A DNA stretch of 64,000 bases, from the NCBI GenBank assembly GCA_025350815.1, contig JANXXE010000210.1, positions 8,455-72,454 of the forward strand, in the 5' to 3' direction. The stretch is from Myxococcales bacterium (lineage in GTDB: Bacteria > Myxococcota_A > Polyangia > Fen-1088). A model generated the notes under the pieces. It searched no databases. It worked only from the letters and a program-made list of their open reading frames with translations, and was not told the DNA's origin. This document shows, piece by piece, positions 48,153 to 56,915 of the stretch. The translations under genes were made by a program, and so were the position numbers. Each line of letters opens with the position of its first letter. Position 1 is the first letter of the stretch.

Positions 48153-49567
48153 CAGAACATCCGCGGGCCGCGGCCCCTTGTCGAATTGGGACCGCCGGGA
48201 CCGCTCTGGGGCTTTGGCGCTGCGGCCGGCACATTGCCACCCGAGGCCTCGGTGACAATTTCATCGCCGGCGGAAATCGGCCCGCTCAGGACCTCGGTGA
48301 ACTCGTCGTCGGAAATCCCTGCCTTGAACGGCACGGCCACGACCTTGTCACCGGACGTCTTGTAGACGCGGGTGAACATCCGGCCCCCATCGGCGCCGCG
48401 GCGGCCACCGCCGCCACCACCGCCACCACCGCGTCCCCCACCGCCGGGGAAGCCGCCGCCGCCGCCACCGCCGGGTCGAAATCCGCCACCACCGCCGGCG
48501 CTGTCGGCTCCCGGATGTCCGCCGCCCGGGAATCCGCTGCCCGCCCCACCGGCACCCGGCGCACCTGGCGTACCTGGCGCAGGCGCCATGACAAGCTCCA
48601 CGGCCGGCTTGAAACGAAGCGCGGCGTTCGGCACGCGAATCACGCTGTCCCGCCGCTGGCAAACAATGCGGACGTTCGCCGTCATGCCCGGCCGCAACTT
48701 CCCTTCGGGGTTTTCGACTCGCAGGATCGCGTCGTAGGTGACCACGTTCTGCTGGACGTTCGGCTGCGACCGGATCTGGAAGATCGTCGCCGTGAATTCC
48801 TGCCCGGGGTAGGCGTCAACCGTGAACCGCGCGTCCAGTCCCTCGCGCAACTTGCCCACGTCGGCCTCGTCAACGGCCGCCCTGACCTCCATGCGCGACA
48901 GATCTTGCGCGATGGTAAACAGCGTCGGCGCCGACATGGACGCCGCGACGGTTTGCCCCACGTCGACGGCCCGCTGCAAGACCGTTCCCGCGATAGGCGC
49001 GCGAATGGTCGTGCGCTCGAGATCCACCCGGGCGACACCGACGGTGGCGCGAGCTTGGGCAACCTGCGCCTGGGAGGAAATAAGCTCGACCTGGGTGAGT
49101 TCCCGCTTGGACTTCAACTGATCCAGCTCTGCCTGGCCTACGACCGCCTGGTCACCCAGGCGCCGGGCCCGGTCGTAGTCCAGCTTGGCCTGGTTGTCAT
49201 TGACCCGCGCGCGCGCCTCGGCCGCTTCGGCATTCTTCAGCGACGCCTCCGCCTGCTGCACGCCGGCCTTGAAGCGCGTGGGATCGATCTGGGCGACGAT
49301 CTGTCCTTCTTGTACCTGACTATTAAAATCCGCCCCGAGCTTGAGGATGATTCCCGACACCTGCGAGCCGACCTGGACGGTCACGACGGCGTTCAGGGCA
49401 CCGGTCGCGGTTACCATCTGTTCGACGGCACCTTTATCAACCTTGCTGGTCTTGAAGACGATCGGCGCATCGCTGGCCGAGCGCCGAAGGGCGAAAAATC
49501 CCACGCCGCCGCCCACCAAGATAAGCCCGAGGCTCCATTTGACTGTACTTGCCGCGCGTCGTGTCAT
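48152..49567 (-). CDS. Efflux periplasmic adaptor (HlyD/MacA-family membrane fusion protein) with a long Gly-rich low-complexity segment near the C-terminus
   Basis: N-terminal TM anchor, coiled-coil hairpin, beta-barrel/lipoyl segments, then an about 70-aa poly-Gly/Pro stretch. Start at internal Met 49567. Confidence 0.8.
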   Translation of the reverse strand: MTRRAASTVKWSLGLILVGGGVGFFALRRSASDAPIVFKTSKVDKGAVEQMVTATGALNAVVTVQVGSQVSGIILKLGADFNSQVQEGQIVAQIDPTRFKAGVQQAEASLKNAEAAEARARVNDNQAKLDYDRARRLGDQAVVGQAELDQLKSKRELTQVELISSQAQVAQARATVGVARVDLERTTIRAPIAGTVLQRAVDVGQTVAASMSAPTLFTIAQDLSRMEVRAAVDEADVGKLREGLDARFTVDAYPGQEFTATIFQIRSQPNVQQNVVTYDAILRVENPEGKLRPGMTANVRIVCQRRDSVIRVPNAALRFKPAVELVMAPAPGTPGAPGAGGAGSGFPGGGHPGADSAGGGGGFRPGGGGGGGFPGGGGRGGGGGGGGGRRGADGGRMFTRVYKTSGDKVVAVPFKAGISDDEFTEVLSGPISAGDEIVTEASGGNVPAAAPKPQSGPGGPNSTRGRGPRMF

Positions 49568-49930
49568 GAGAAAACTCCAATGTGGTCCGAGGAGGGATGA
49601 CCTAGGACTGGCCAACCGGCCGGAAGATTAGATCATTCCTTGCGCTTTTTTGCGGGATCGTCGTCACTGCTTCGAAATACCCCGGACTGTGGCGAAATTC
49701 CCCGGTCCCCGACAGGCCACCTTTTGTTGTTTCGCGAACTTAGGGGCTAGACAAGCTTGTACGGTGTGTGGCATCTCAGATGCTCCTTTGCCCGGCCGTG
49801 TGCTGTTTACTGGGGCGATTCGCGTCGGGTGGCCTAACTTACGTTTCCCGCTGGCCAATGACCGTATGACGCGCCCAGGGCCCGTCGATTCTGCGCGGAC
49901 ACTCTCGCGGACACTCTCAAGGAGGAGCCG

Positions 49931-50572
49931 ATGACCGTTCTCAAGCTGCTGGCTGATGCGTTCCACGATGGCGGATGGGGAATGTGGCCCATCCTGTTCG
50001 TCCTGATGTTGACGATTTCGATCGTCGTCGAACGGGCGGTTTTCCTGCGCAAGGCGGTCATCGACAAGGAAAAGCTGCTGTCCCTGCTGCGCTCGCAGAT
50101 CTCGGCCGGCAACATCCAGGGCGCCATCAAGGTCTGTTCGGGCAATTCGACGCCGCTGACCCGGATCATCCAGTCCGGACTGATGCGCGCAAACCGTTCG
50201 GACGAGGAAATCGGCGCCGCGATGGAAGAGGCGGCCCTGCGCGAACTGCCGGCGCTGGAAAAGCGGACCGGCTACCTGGCCATGCTGGGCAACCTCGCGA
50301 CGCTGACGGGCTTGCTGGGCACCATCACTGGTCTCATCCGCGCTTTCGCGGGTGTGGCGGGTGTGGACCCGTCGCAAAAGGCAACGCTGCTGTCGGGCGG
50401 CATCGCGGAAGCGATGAACTGCACCGCCTTCGGACTTGGCACCGGCATCCTGGGCCTGGCGGCGTTCGCCTGGCTCAATGGACGCACGCAGGCCGTGATC
50501 GACGACGTCGCTGAAGTGAAGAAAAGCGTCGTTAACCTTCTGATGACCGCCAAAGCCGCCCTGCGCGGCTGA
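49931..50572 (+). CDS. MotA/TolQ/ExbB-family proton channel protein (copy 1)
   Basis: Three TM helices; 'GYLAMLGNLATLTGLLGTITGLIRAF' signature. Confidence 0.85.
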   Translation: MTVLKLLADAFHDGGWGMWPILFVLMLTISIVVERAVFLRKAVIDKEKLLSLLRSQISAGNIQGAIKVCSGNSTPLTRIIQSGLMRANRSDEEIGAAMEEAALRELPALEKRTGYLAMLGNLATLTGLLGTITGLIRAFAGVAGVDPSQKATLLSGGIAEAMNCTAFGLGTGILGLAAFAWLNGRTQAVIDDVAEVKKSVVNLLMTAKAALRG

Positions 50573-50607
50573 AGCCCCCGCCACCACCCGGACAAGGAGA
50601 CCAGATC

Positions 50608-51240
50608 ATGATAGCTGAAGCGTTTGAAAAAGGTGGATGGGGCATGTGGCCCATCCTGATCCTCCTCGCCATCACCGTGGTCATCTCGATTGATCGCGCG
50701 CTTTACCTCGCGAAGGCGAAGGTCGACGTAGACAAGCTGATGTCGCTGCTGAAGTCGCAGATTGTTTCGGGCAACGTGCGCGGCGCCATCAACACCTGCG
50801 ACGCCACGCCTTCTCCGCTGACCCGCATTATCGCGGCGGGCCTGCGCAAGGCGGGCGGCACGGACCACGATATTCAGCAGGCCATGGACGAAGAAGCCCT
50901 GCGCGAATTGCCCCGGATCGAAAAGCGCACCGGCTACCTGGCCATGCTGGGCAACCTGGCGACCTTGGCAGGCCTTCTGGGCACCATCACGGGCCTTATT
51001 CGCGCCTTCGCGGGCGTCGCCGGCGTCGATCCCTCGATGAAGGCGACCATGCTTTCGCGCGGTATTTCCGAGGCCATGACCTGCACGGCCTTTGGGCTTG
51101 GCACCGGTATTTTGGGTCTTGCGGCCTACGCCGTGCTGAACGGTCGGACGCAGGCCATTCTCGATGGCATCAACCAGGGCTCGGTCGAGTCACTGAACCT
51201 TGTCGTCGCTGGCCGCACCGATGGCGCCCAGCAGGCCTAG
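50608..51240 (+). CDS. MotA/TolQ/ExbB-family proton channel protein (copy 2, tandem paralog)
   Basis: About 60% identical to copy 1, same signature. Confidence 0.85.
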   Translation: MIAEAFEKGGWGMWPILILLAITVVISIDRALYLAKAKVDVDKLMSLLKSQIVSGNVRGAINTCDATPSPLTRIIAAGLRKAGGTDHDIQQAMDEEALRELPRIEKRTGYLAMLGNLATLAGLLGTITGLIRAFAGVAGVDPSMKATMLSRGISEAMTCTAFGLGTGILGLAAYAVLNGRTQAILDGINQGSVESLNLVVAGRTDGAQQA

Positions 51241-51249
51241 CGACACCCC

Positions 51250-51723
51250 ATGAGTGTCTCCGTACAGACCGGTGGCAAGGGCGGCCGCAAGCCGCTGAAT
51301 GCCGAACTGAACCTGGTTCCCTACATCGACCTTCTGACCTGCATGGTCGCCTTTCTGCTGATCACGGCGGTCTGGACCCAGCTGGCGCGCCTGCAAGCCC
51401 AGCAAAAGGGACAGGGCCAGGCGGGCGAGGACGTTCCGCCCGAACGCCCTACAAAGGTGGTGGTCGTGGTCAACGAAGAAGGCTTCAACCTGGTGGTCAA
51501 TCAGGACCAGCAGCCGCTGCCCAAGCGCGGCACGGAATACGACTTCGACAAGCTGTCGACCGAGCTGAAGAAGGTCAAGGACGCGCACCCGGACAAGAAC
51601 GACATCCAGGTCGCTTCCGAGGACCAGGTGAAGTTCGACATCTTGATACATACGATGGACATCGCGCTGTCATCCCGGTTCCCGGACATATCGCTCATCG
51701 ATACCGGGGCGGCCGGCATCTAG
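51250..51723 (+). CDS. ExbD/TolR-family protein (copy 1)
   Basis: 'LNLVPYIDLLTCMVAFLLI' TM with conserved Asp. Confidence 0.8.
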   Translation: MSVSVQTGGKGGRKPLNAELNLVPYIDLLTCMVAFLLITAVWTQLARLQAQQKGQGQAGEDVPPERPTKVVVVVNEEGFNLVVNQDQQPLPKRGTEYDFDKLSTELKKVKDAHPDKNDIQVASEDQVKFDILIHTMDIALSSRFPDISLIDTGAAGI

Positions 51724-51736
51724 GAAGGACACCATC

Positions 51737-52297
51737 ATGCCCATCCACGCGCCGCACGCGCAGCTGTTCAAGTCGGTCAAGCTTGAGGCGGCCAAGGCCC
51801 GCCTTGGGGGCGCCGGACGCAAAAGTGTCTACGAGGCCCTGAACCTGGTGGCCTACATCGACATGATGACGATGTTGGTCATCTTCCTGCTGATGTCGTT
51901 CTCGGCCTCGGGCGAAATCTTGTTCGTGCAGAAGAGCATCGTGTTGCCCGACGCGCAGAACTGGACGGACCTGGAACGCGCGCCCGTCATTGGCGTGTCC
52001 AAGGACGTCGTCACACTGAACGGCGAACAGGTCGCGTCGGCGGACGAAATGGGCAAGGACACCGCCGGCGGCGACATGAAGATCAGCGAGCTACACGACC
52101 GCCTGGTCACGCTGAAGAACAACTACAAGCTGCTGCATCCATCCGAGGAATTCAACGGCATCGCGATCATCCAGTCGGACAAGCAGGTCGAGTTCAAGGC
52201 CCTGAAGAAGGTCATGTATTCGGCGTCGGTGGCGGGTTACCAGAACGTGAACTTCGCCGTGCAGCAACGAAGCAAGCCAGGGGCGGCGGCCGAGTAG
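51737..52297 (+). CDS. ExbD/TolR-family protein (copy 2)
   Basis: 'LNLVAYIDMMTMLVIFLLM' TM with conserved Asp. Confidence 0.8.
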   Translation: MPIHAPHAQLFKSVKLEAAKARLGGAGRKSVYEALNLVAYIDMMTMLVIFLLMSFSASGEILFVQKSIVLPDAQNWTDLERAPVIGVSKDVVTLNGEQVASADEMGKDTAGGDMKISELHDRLVTLKNNYKLLHPSEEFNGIAIIQSDKQVEFKALKKVMYSASVAGYQNVNFAVQQRSKPGAAAE

Positions 52298-52345
52298 GCT
52301 CTGACCTATAGGGCCTGACCCGTGTCTTGGACGGAGGTCCGAACG

Positions 52346-53908
52346 ATGCGCATGCAGAGGTTAGAGGGGGTAGTCATTCTGGGTCTGCTGGTGGGTGCCT
52401 GTTCGGGCGATCCCAACGATCCGAAGACGTGGGCCGCCAAGCTGCACGATCTGCGCGACCAGAAAGAGGCGCTGAACCGCCTGTCCAATATGGACGTGGA
52501 GAAGGCGCGGCTGGTGCTGCCCGCGCTGATGGATCTGTACAAGGAGACCAAGAACCCCGAGCACCTGGAAGCGCTGGTGCGTTTCAAGGACGACCGGACC
52601 AAGCCACTGTTCATCGAGGCGCTGGACTATAGCGACGACGATTTCGACAAGGCCAATGTGGCCGCGGCCGTTCTTGGCGACATGAAGGCGACGGACGCCG
52701 TGGACGCTCTGATTGCGGCGGCGCAAAAGCCCCTGCCGATCAAGTCGCGCGCCAACAGCGCGAAGCTGGCGGCGGTGCGGGCACTGATTCGCATCGGTGA
52801 CAAGCGCGCGGTACCGGTCTTGACGAAGATCTTGACGACGTCAGCCGACGCCCAGGATTTCTTGTTGAATCAAAAGGCGGCTCTGGGCCTGGCGGAATTC
52901 CACGACCCGGCGACGGTGCCCGCCCTGCTGCGGGGGCTGTTCATGACCGGCCGGGGCGTCAACATCTTCCAGGAATGCCGGCTGGCGCTGGTGCGCATCG
53001 GTGCGCCTGCCGAGGCCGCCCTCATGGAGCTTCTGCAAGAGAAGAACCTCGACGTGCGCGAGATGGCCCGCACCCTGAAGTTCGAGCAGTACACGCCGGG
53101 CGTCGTGCCTTACAAGGCCGCCATGGTCCTGGGCGACTTGCGGTCGGTCAAGGCCGTGCCCCTGCTGATCGAAAAACTCAAAACGCCCCGGCGCGGCAGT
53201 GAACAGGGCGCGATTTTGATTTCGCTTGGTCAGATTGGCACCCCGGCGGCGGTGGATGCTCTTATTGAAATGGTCAAGGATCCGAAGGCGGCGCCGTCCC
53301 TGCGTGCATCGGCCGCGGACGCACTGTACCTGTCGGGCGACAAGCGCGCGGTGCCCACCCTGCTGGACATCGCCAAGTCGGGCTACATCACGACGCCCGA
53401 CGGACAGAAGGCATCGGATCTACGCGCGAACGCCGCGGTCGATCTGGCGCGCATCGCGGGCGCCGAGCATTTCGAGGCCTTCGCGACGCTGGTCGAAAAA
53501 GAAACCGAGGTCCAGGGCGTATTCGGTGAGGCGCTGGACCGCATGCAGGTCGCCAAGCAGTGTCGCGCGGACGTGGCGTGTTACGGCAAGAAGCTGGCGG
53601 ACCCGTCGTGGACCCGCGCCGAGAAGGCCGCCTTCGCCATCGGCTTTTCGGGTGACGCCAAGGCGGGCATTCCGCTGCTGCTGGCGTCGCTGAAGCCGCT
53701 GTCCACCCTGCCGCAGGATCGCTACCCGGTTCATCAGGCGATCCTTTATTCGCTGACGCGGCTGGGAACGAAGACCTGTCAGGAATGCGAAGACAAGTTG
53801 CTCAAGCAGATCGATCGCGACGAGAAGGCCGTGCGGTTGCCCGGCGCGCGCGATCTTCTGGCCGAAACGCGCGTGGCGCTGGCGGTCATCCAAAGCAAAA
53901 GCAAGTGA
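52346..53908 (+). CDS. HEAT/PBS-lyase-repeat lipoprotein
   Basis: Signal peptide plus lipobox (LVGACSG). Repeated 'D..VR..A..ALG.IGD..AVP.L' HEAT-like units (at least 6). Confidence 0.6.
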   Translation: MRMQRLEGVVILGLLVGACSGDPNDPKTWAAKLHDLRDQKEALNRLSNMDVEKARLVLPALMDLYKETKNPEHLEALVRFKDDRTKPLFIEALDYSDDDFDKANVAAAVLGDMKATDAVDALIAAAQKPLPIKSRANSAKLAAVRALIRIGDKRAVPVLTKILTTSADAQDFLLNQKAALGLAEFHDPATVPALLRGLFMTGRGVNIFQECRLALVRIGAPAEAALMELLQEKNLDVREMARTLKFEQYTPGVVPYKAAMVLGDLRSVKAVPLLIEKLKTPRRGSEQGAILISLGQIGTPAAVDALIEMVKDPKAAPSLRASAADALYLSGDKRAVPTLLDIAKSGYITTPDGQKASDLRANAAVDLARIAGAEHFEAFATLVEKETEVQGVFGEALDRMQVAKQCRADVACYGKKLADPSWTRAEKAAFAIGFSGDAKAGIPLLLASLKPLSTLPQDRYPVHQAILYSLTRLGTKTCQECEDKLLKQIDRDEKAVRLPGARDLLAETRVALAVIQSKSK

Positions 53909-53934
53909 GGCGATGCGCGAGACGCCGAACGTGT

Positions 53935-54306
53935 TCAGCCTGGCGCGTTGCCCGTCCCGACGTGTTCAGCCACCACAGTGGTGTGGATGCCGCCCCGAAT
54001 GTTGAAGTCGCCCTCGACGCGGGCCCGCCGCGGACGAATCACCGCGACCAGATCGTCGAGGATTCGATTGGTCACTGCCTCATGAAACGCGCCCTCGTTC
54101 CGGTAGGACCACAGGTAGAGCTTCAACGACTTGAGCTCGACGCACAGACCGTCGGGGACGTATTCGATACGGATGGTCGCGAAATCCGGTTGCCCGGTTT
54201 TGGGACAGACGCAGGTAAATTCCGCCGTCTCGAAGCGGATCACGTAGTCGCGTTCGGGCTTGGGATTGGCGAAGGTTTCCAGGGTTCGGGAAGGCTGTGT
54301 GCTCAT
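53935..54306 (-). CDS. queF: NADPH-dependent 7-cyano-7-deazaguanine reductase (unimodular type)
   Basis: '[13 protein letters not shown]' catalytic Cys motif; '[14 protein letters not shown]' QueF motif. 123 aa. Confidence 0.9.
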   Translation of the reverse strand: MSTQPSRTLETFANPKPERDYVIRFETAEFTCVCPKTGQPDFATIRIEYVPDGLCVELKSLKLYLWSYRNEGAFHEAVTNRILDDLVAVIRPRRARVEGDFNIRGGIHTTVVAEHVGTGNAPG

Positions 54307-55048
54307 GATGGAATTTGAAAATCGTGGTGCGGCAAGGATTGTAGCAACAAATCCCCGGCGACCGGGCGCCGGCGTTCTGGTGGCCCTGGCGCTGACATTC
54401 GCGTCGTCATGGCCGGCGCTGGCCGCCCCGGTGCGGGGCACGGTCACGCTGGTCGGCGCGCTCAAGACGGGCCGACGGCTGCAAGGATACTGGCGGCTGG
54501 AAAATGGCATCGTTCCCGTTGCACCGGCCCCCAACCGGGGCGAGACCGTGGTCGTGTTGGAGGGACCCAAGGGGCCGCCACCGGCGCCCAAGACCACCGC
54601 CGTCGAAATTTCCGGACTGCAGGCTAGCCCGGGGGCGGTTGTCGTCGCCGAGGGCTCGGTGGTGGAACTCAAGAACCTTGACCGGATGGCGCACGAGCTG
54701 TCGACGCCCGAGCAAACCTCGGTCATGGCGATCGAACGCCTCGCACCCGGAGCCACGCGGAAGCAAAAGTTCCAGGTCGCGGGCGGCTATGTCGTCCGTT
54801 CGTCGCAGTATCCGCACCTGACGGTGTCGGTGATCGTCGTCGATTCGCCGTTCTTTGCCGTGGTCGACGAAAAAGGTGGCTTCAAGATTCCGGATGCGCC
54901 CGACGGCAAGGCGACGCTGAAGGTGTGGAGCCAGGGCCGCTGGGTCCACGAACAGGAAATAGAAGTCGGCGGCAAGTCGCCCGAGTTGCAGATCAAGTGC
55001 GGCGGCAAGACGGAAGACACGAAGTCCGACAAGGACTCGAACGAGTAG
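54305..55048 (+). CDS. Hypothetical secreted protein with two Ig/cupredoxin-like beta-sandwich segments
   Basis: Signal peptide '[19 protein letters not shown]'. No family recognised. Start codon overlaps the queF start on the opposite strand. Confidence 0.4.
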   Translation: MMEFENRGAARIVATNPRRPGAGVLVALALTFASSWPALAAPVRGTVTLVGALKTGRRLQGYWRLENGIVPVAPAPNRGETVVVLEGPKGPPPAPKTTAVEISGLQASPGAVVVAEGSVVELKNLDRMAHELSTPEQTSVMAIERLAPGATRKQKFQVAGGYVVRSSQYPHLTVSVIVVDSPFFAVVDEKGGFKIPDAPDGKATLKVWSQGRWVHEQEIEVGGKSPELQIKCGGKTEDTKSDKDSNE

Positions 55049-55063
55049 CCAAGGGGCCCTACG

Positions 55064-56902
55064 ATGTTCCTTTCCAAGATTTGGTTTGTTCTGATTGGGC
55101 TGGTCGCCGGCGTGGCGACGATGGCGGCCTTCGTCGCCCCCCGAACCGCCGACCGGCGCATCGAACACCTTGAAGGTCAACGCCTGGATCGCGCGCAGTA
55201 CGCCGCCGAACAGATGCTGAAGACAGACGCCCACCGCTGGATTGATTACGTCGCCAAGCTGGGGCGTGACGCCATTTTGATGGAGGCCCTGGACGGGGCC
55301 AGCCGCGGCGTGGGCGAGCCCAAGGTGATTCACGAGACCGTGCGGAACCGACTGCGCACCCTGGTCCCCGATCTGCCCGCCATCGGCGTGGACACCCTGA
55401 CGGCGGTGGACGCGCGGGGACGCATCGTCGCGCGCATCGGCGACGGCGAAAACGAGTTCGGCGATTCGCAGGCAGGGGTCGAGATCCTTGCGGATGCCCT
55501 GCGCGGCTACCTGTCCGACGATGTGTCGGGCGTCGATGGGAAGTTGCAGCGGCTGGCGGCGACGCCGGTCCTGTCGAAGACGCGCGATCGCATCGTGGGC
55601 GCAGTGGCCGTCGGTGCCGAGACCGGCAAGCGACTGGCCGAATTGTGGAAAAAGAATCTGGGCGTCGAGGTCGCTGTTCTGCTGCGTGGCCAGGTCGTCA
55701 GTTCCACCCTGCCCGAGTCTTTCCTCAGCACCGTGACCGGTCTCATCGAGCAACGGCGGCCGGAGATGATCGAGGCAAAACGCACCCGGGCGATCCCATT
55801 CCTCGTCGGTCCCGACCGGCTGCTGGCCGTGGCGGCACCCTTCGCCGGACAGGCCTCACAGCAGGAGGCGTACTACGTCCTTATTGGGAAGCCCGAGCCC
55901 GCCTCCAATCCATTGCAACTGCTTTCAAACACGACAGCCGACGATCTGCGCTGGGGCACCTTCCCGTGGCCCGGTCTGATTGTGGGACTGGCGCTGATCC
56001 TGGGCGTCGGACTGTGGCTGCAACGCAACGAGATGGAACGCCCGCTGTCGAATCTGCGGGCCGAGGTGCAGAGGCTGGCGCGGGGTGATTTGCAGAAGCT
56101 GCGGGACACCGACTACGCCGGAAAGTTCGGAGGCATCGCCCGCGACGTGAATGCCACCATCGAGCGATTCACCCACGCGCCCATTGTGCGTTCGGGTGAC
56201 AGCGGAAAGAAGGACATCTCATCGCCCGGCGGCTACATCCCAGAGGGGAAGGCTTTCGACCTGTCAGCCGCAGGCTCACACTTCCCCGACAGGCCCCGGA
56301 CGGGCGGGCCGATGCTGGGGACGGCGAGCGCACTCGGGGCAACGCCGCAGCAGAGACTGGTCTCACCAAATCTGACGCCGGCACCGTCGGGGATGCGCAA
56401 CCTGCCGGGGGGCCCGCCCATGCCCCCACCGACAGCCGTCGCCGCTTCGATGCCGCCGCGTTTCGCGCCTCCTGTTTTCTCGGCCCCCTCTTTTGCGCCG
56501 CCCGTCGTGCCAACCCCGGCCGTGCCGGCGTGGGCACCGACCCCTTTGCCACCGGCACCGGACCTGGATCTGGATTTACAGCCCGGCGGAACGCCACCCC
56601 AGGCGCCCTCGCCCTTCCGCGAGGAGCTCGACGACGAGCAAACCATCGGCAACGATCTCGTCGAATCGAAGACAAAGACGATTGACCCCGAAGACGCGCA
56701 CATCAACGAGGTCTACGCCGACTACGTTCTGACGCGGCAGAAATGCGGCGAGGCCATCGGCTCGCTGACGCTGGAAAAGTTCCGCGCCAAGCTTGACGCC
56801 AACCGCCTGGCGCTGATCGCGAAGTACAACTGCAAGTCGGCGCGCTTCTCGGTCTATGTGAAGGACAGCAAGGCCGCCATCAAAGCGGCCCCCGTTCGCT
56901 AG
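55064..56902 (+). CDS. Two-TM membrane protein with periplasmic sensor-like domain, HAMP-like segment, Pro-rich linker and a conserved C-terminal domain of unknown function
   Basis: TM1 'IWFVLIGLVAGVATMAAFV'; TM2 'WPGLIVGLALILGVGLWL' followed by 'RPLSNLRAEVQRLARGDL' (HAMP-like); PPMPPP-rich low complexity; C-terminal CGE...NCK motif. Confidence 0.5.
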   Translation: MFLSKIWFVLIGLVAGVATMAAFVAPRTADRRIEHLEGQRLDRAQYAAEQMLKTDAHRWIDYVAKLGRDAILMEALDGASRGVGEPKVIHETVRNRLRTLVPDLPAIGVDTLTAVDARGRIVARIGDGENEFGDSQAGVEILADALRGYLSDDVSGVDGKLQRLAATPVLSKTRDRIVGAVAVGAETGKRLAELWKKNLGVEVAVLLRGQVVSSTLPESFLSTVTGLIEQRRPEMIEAKRTRAIPFLVGPDRLLAVAAPFAGQASQQEAYYVLIGKPEPASNPLQLLSNTTADDLRWGTFPWPGLIVGLALILGVGLWLQRNEMERPLSNLRAEVQRLARGDLQKLRDTDYAGKFGGIARDVNATIERFTHAPIVRSGDSGKKDISSPGGYIPEGKAFDLSAAGSHFPDRPRTGGPMLGTASALGATPQQRLVSPNLTPAPSGMRNLPGGPPMPPPTAVAASMPPRFAPPVFSAPSFAPPVVPTPAVPAWAPTPLPPAPDLDLDLQPGGTPPQAPSPFREELDDEQTIGNDLVESKTKTIDPEDAHINEVYADYVLTRQKCGEAIGSLTLEKFRAKLDANRLALIAKYNCKSARFSVYVKDSKAAIKAAPVR

Positions 56903-56915
56903 GCAACCCCTCGGC

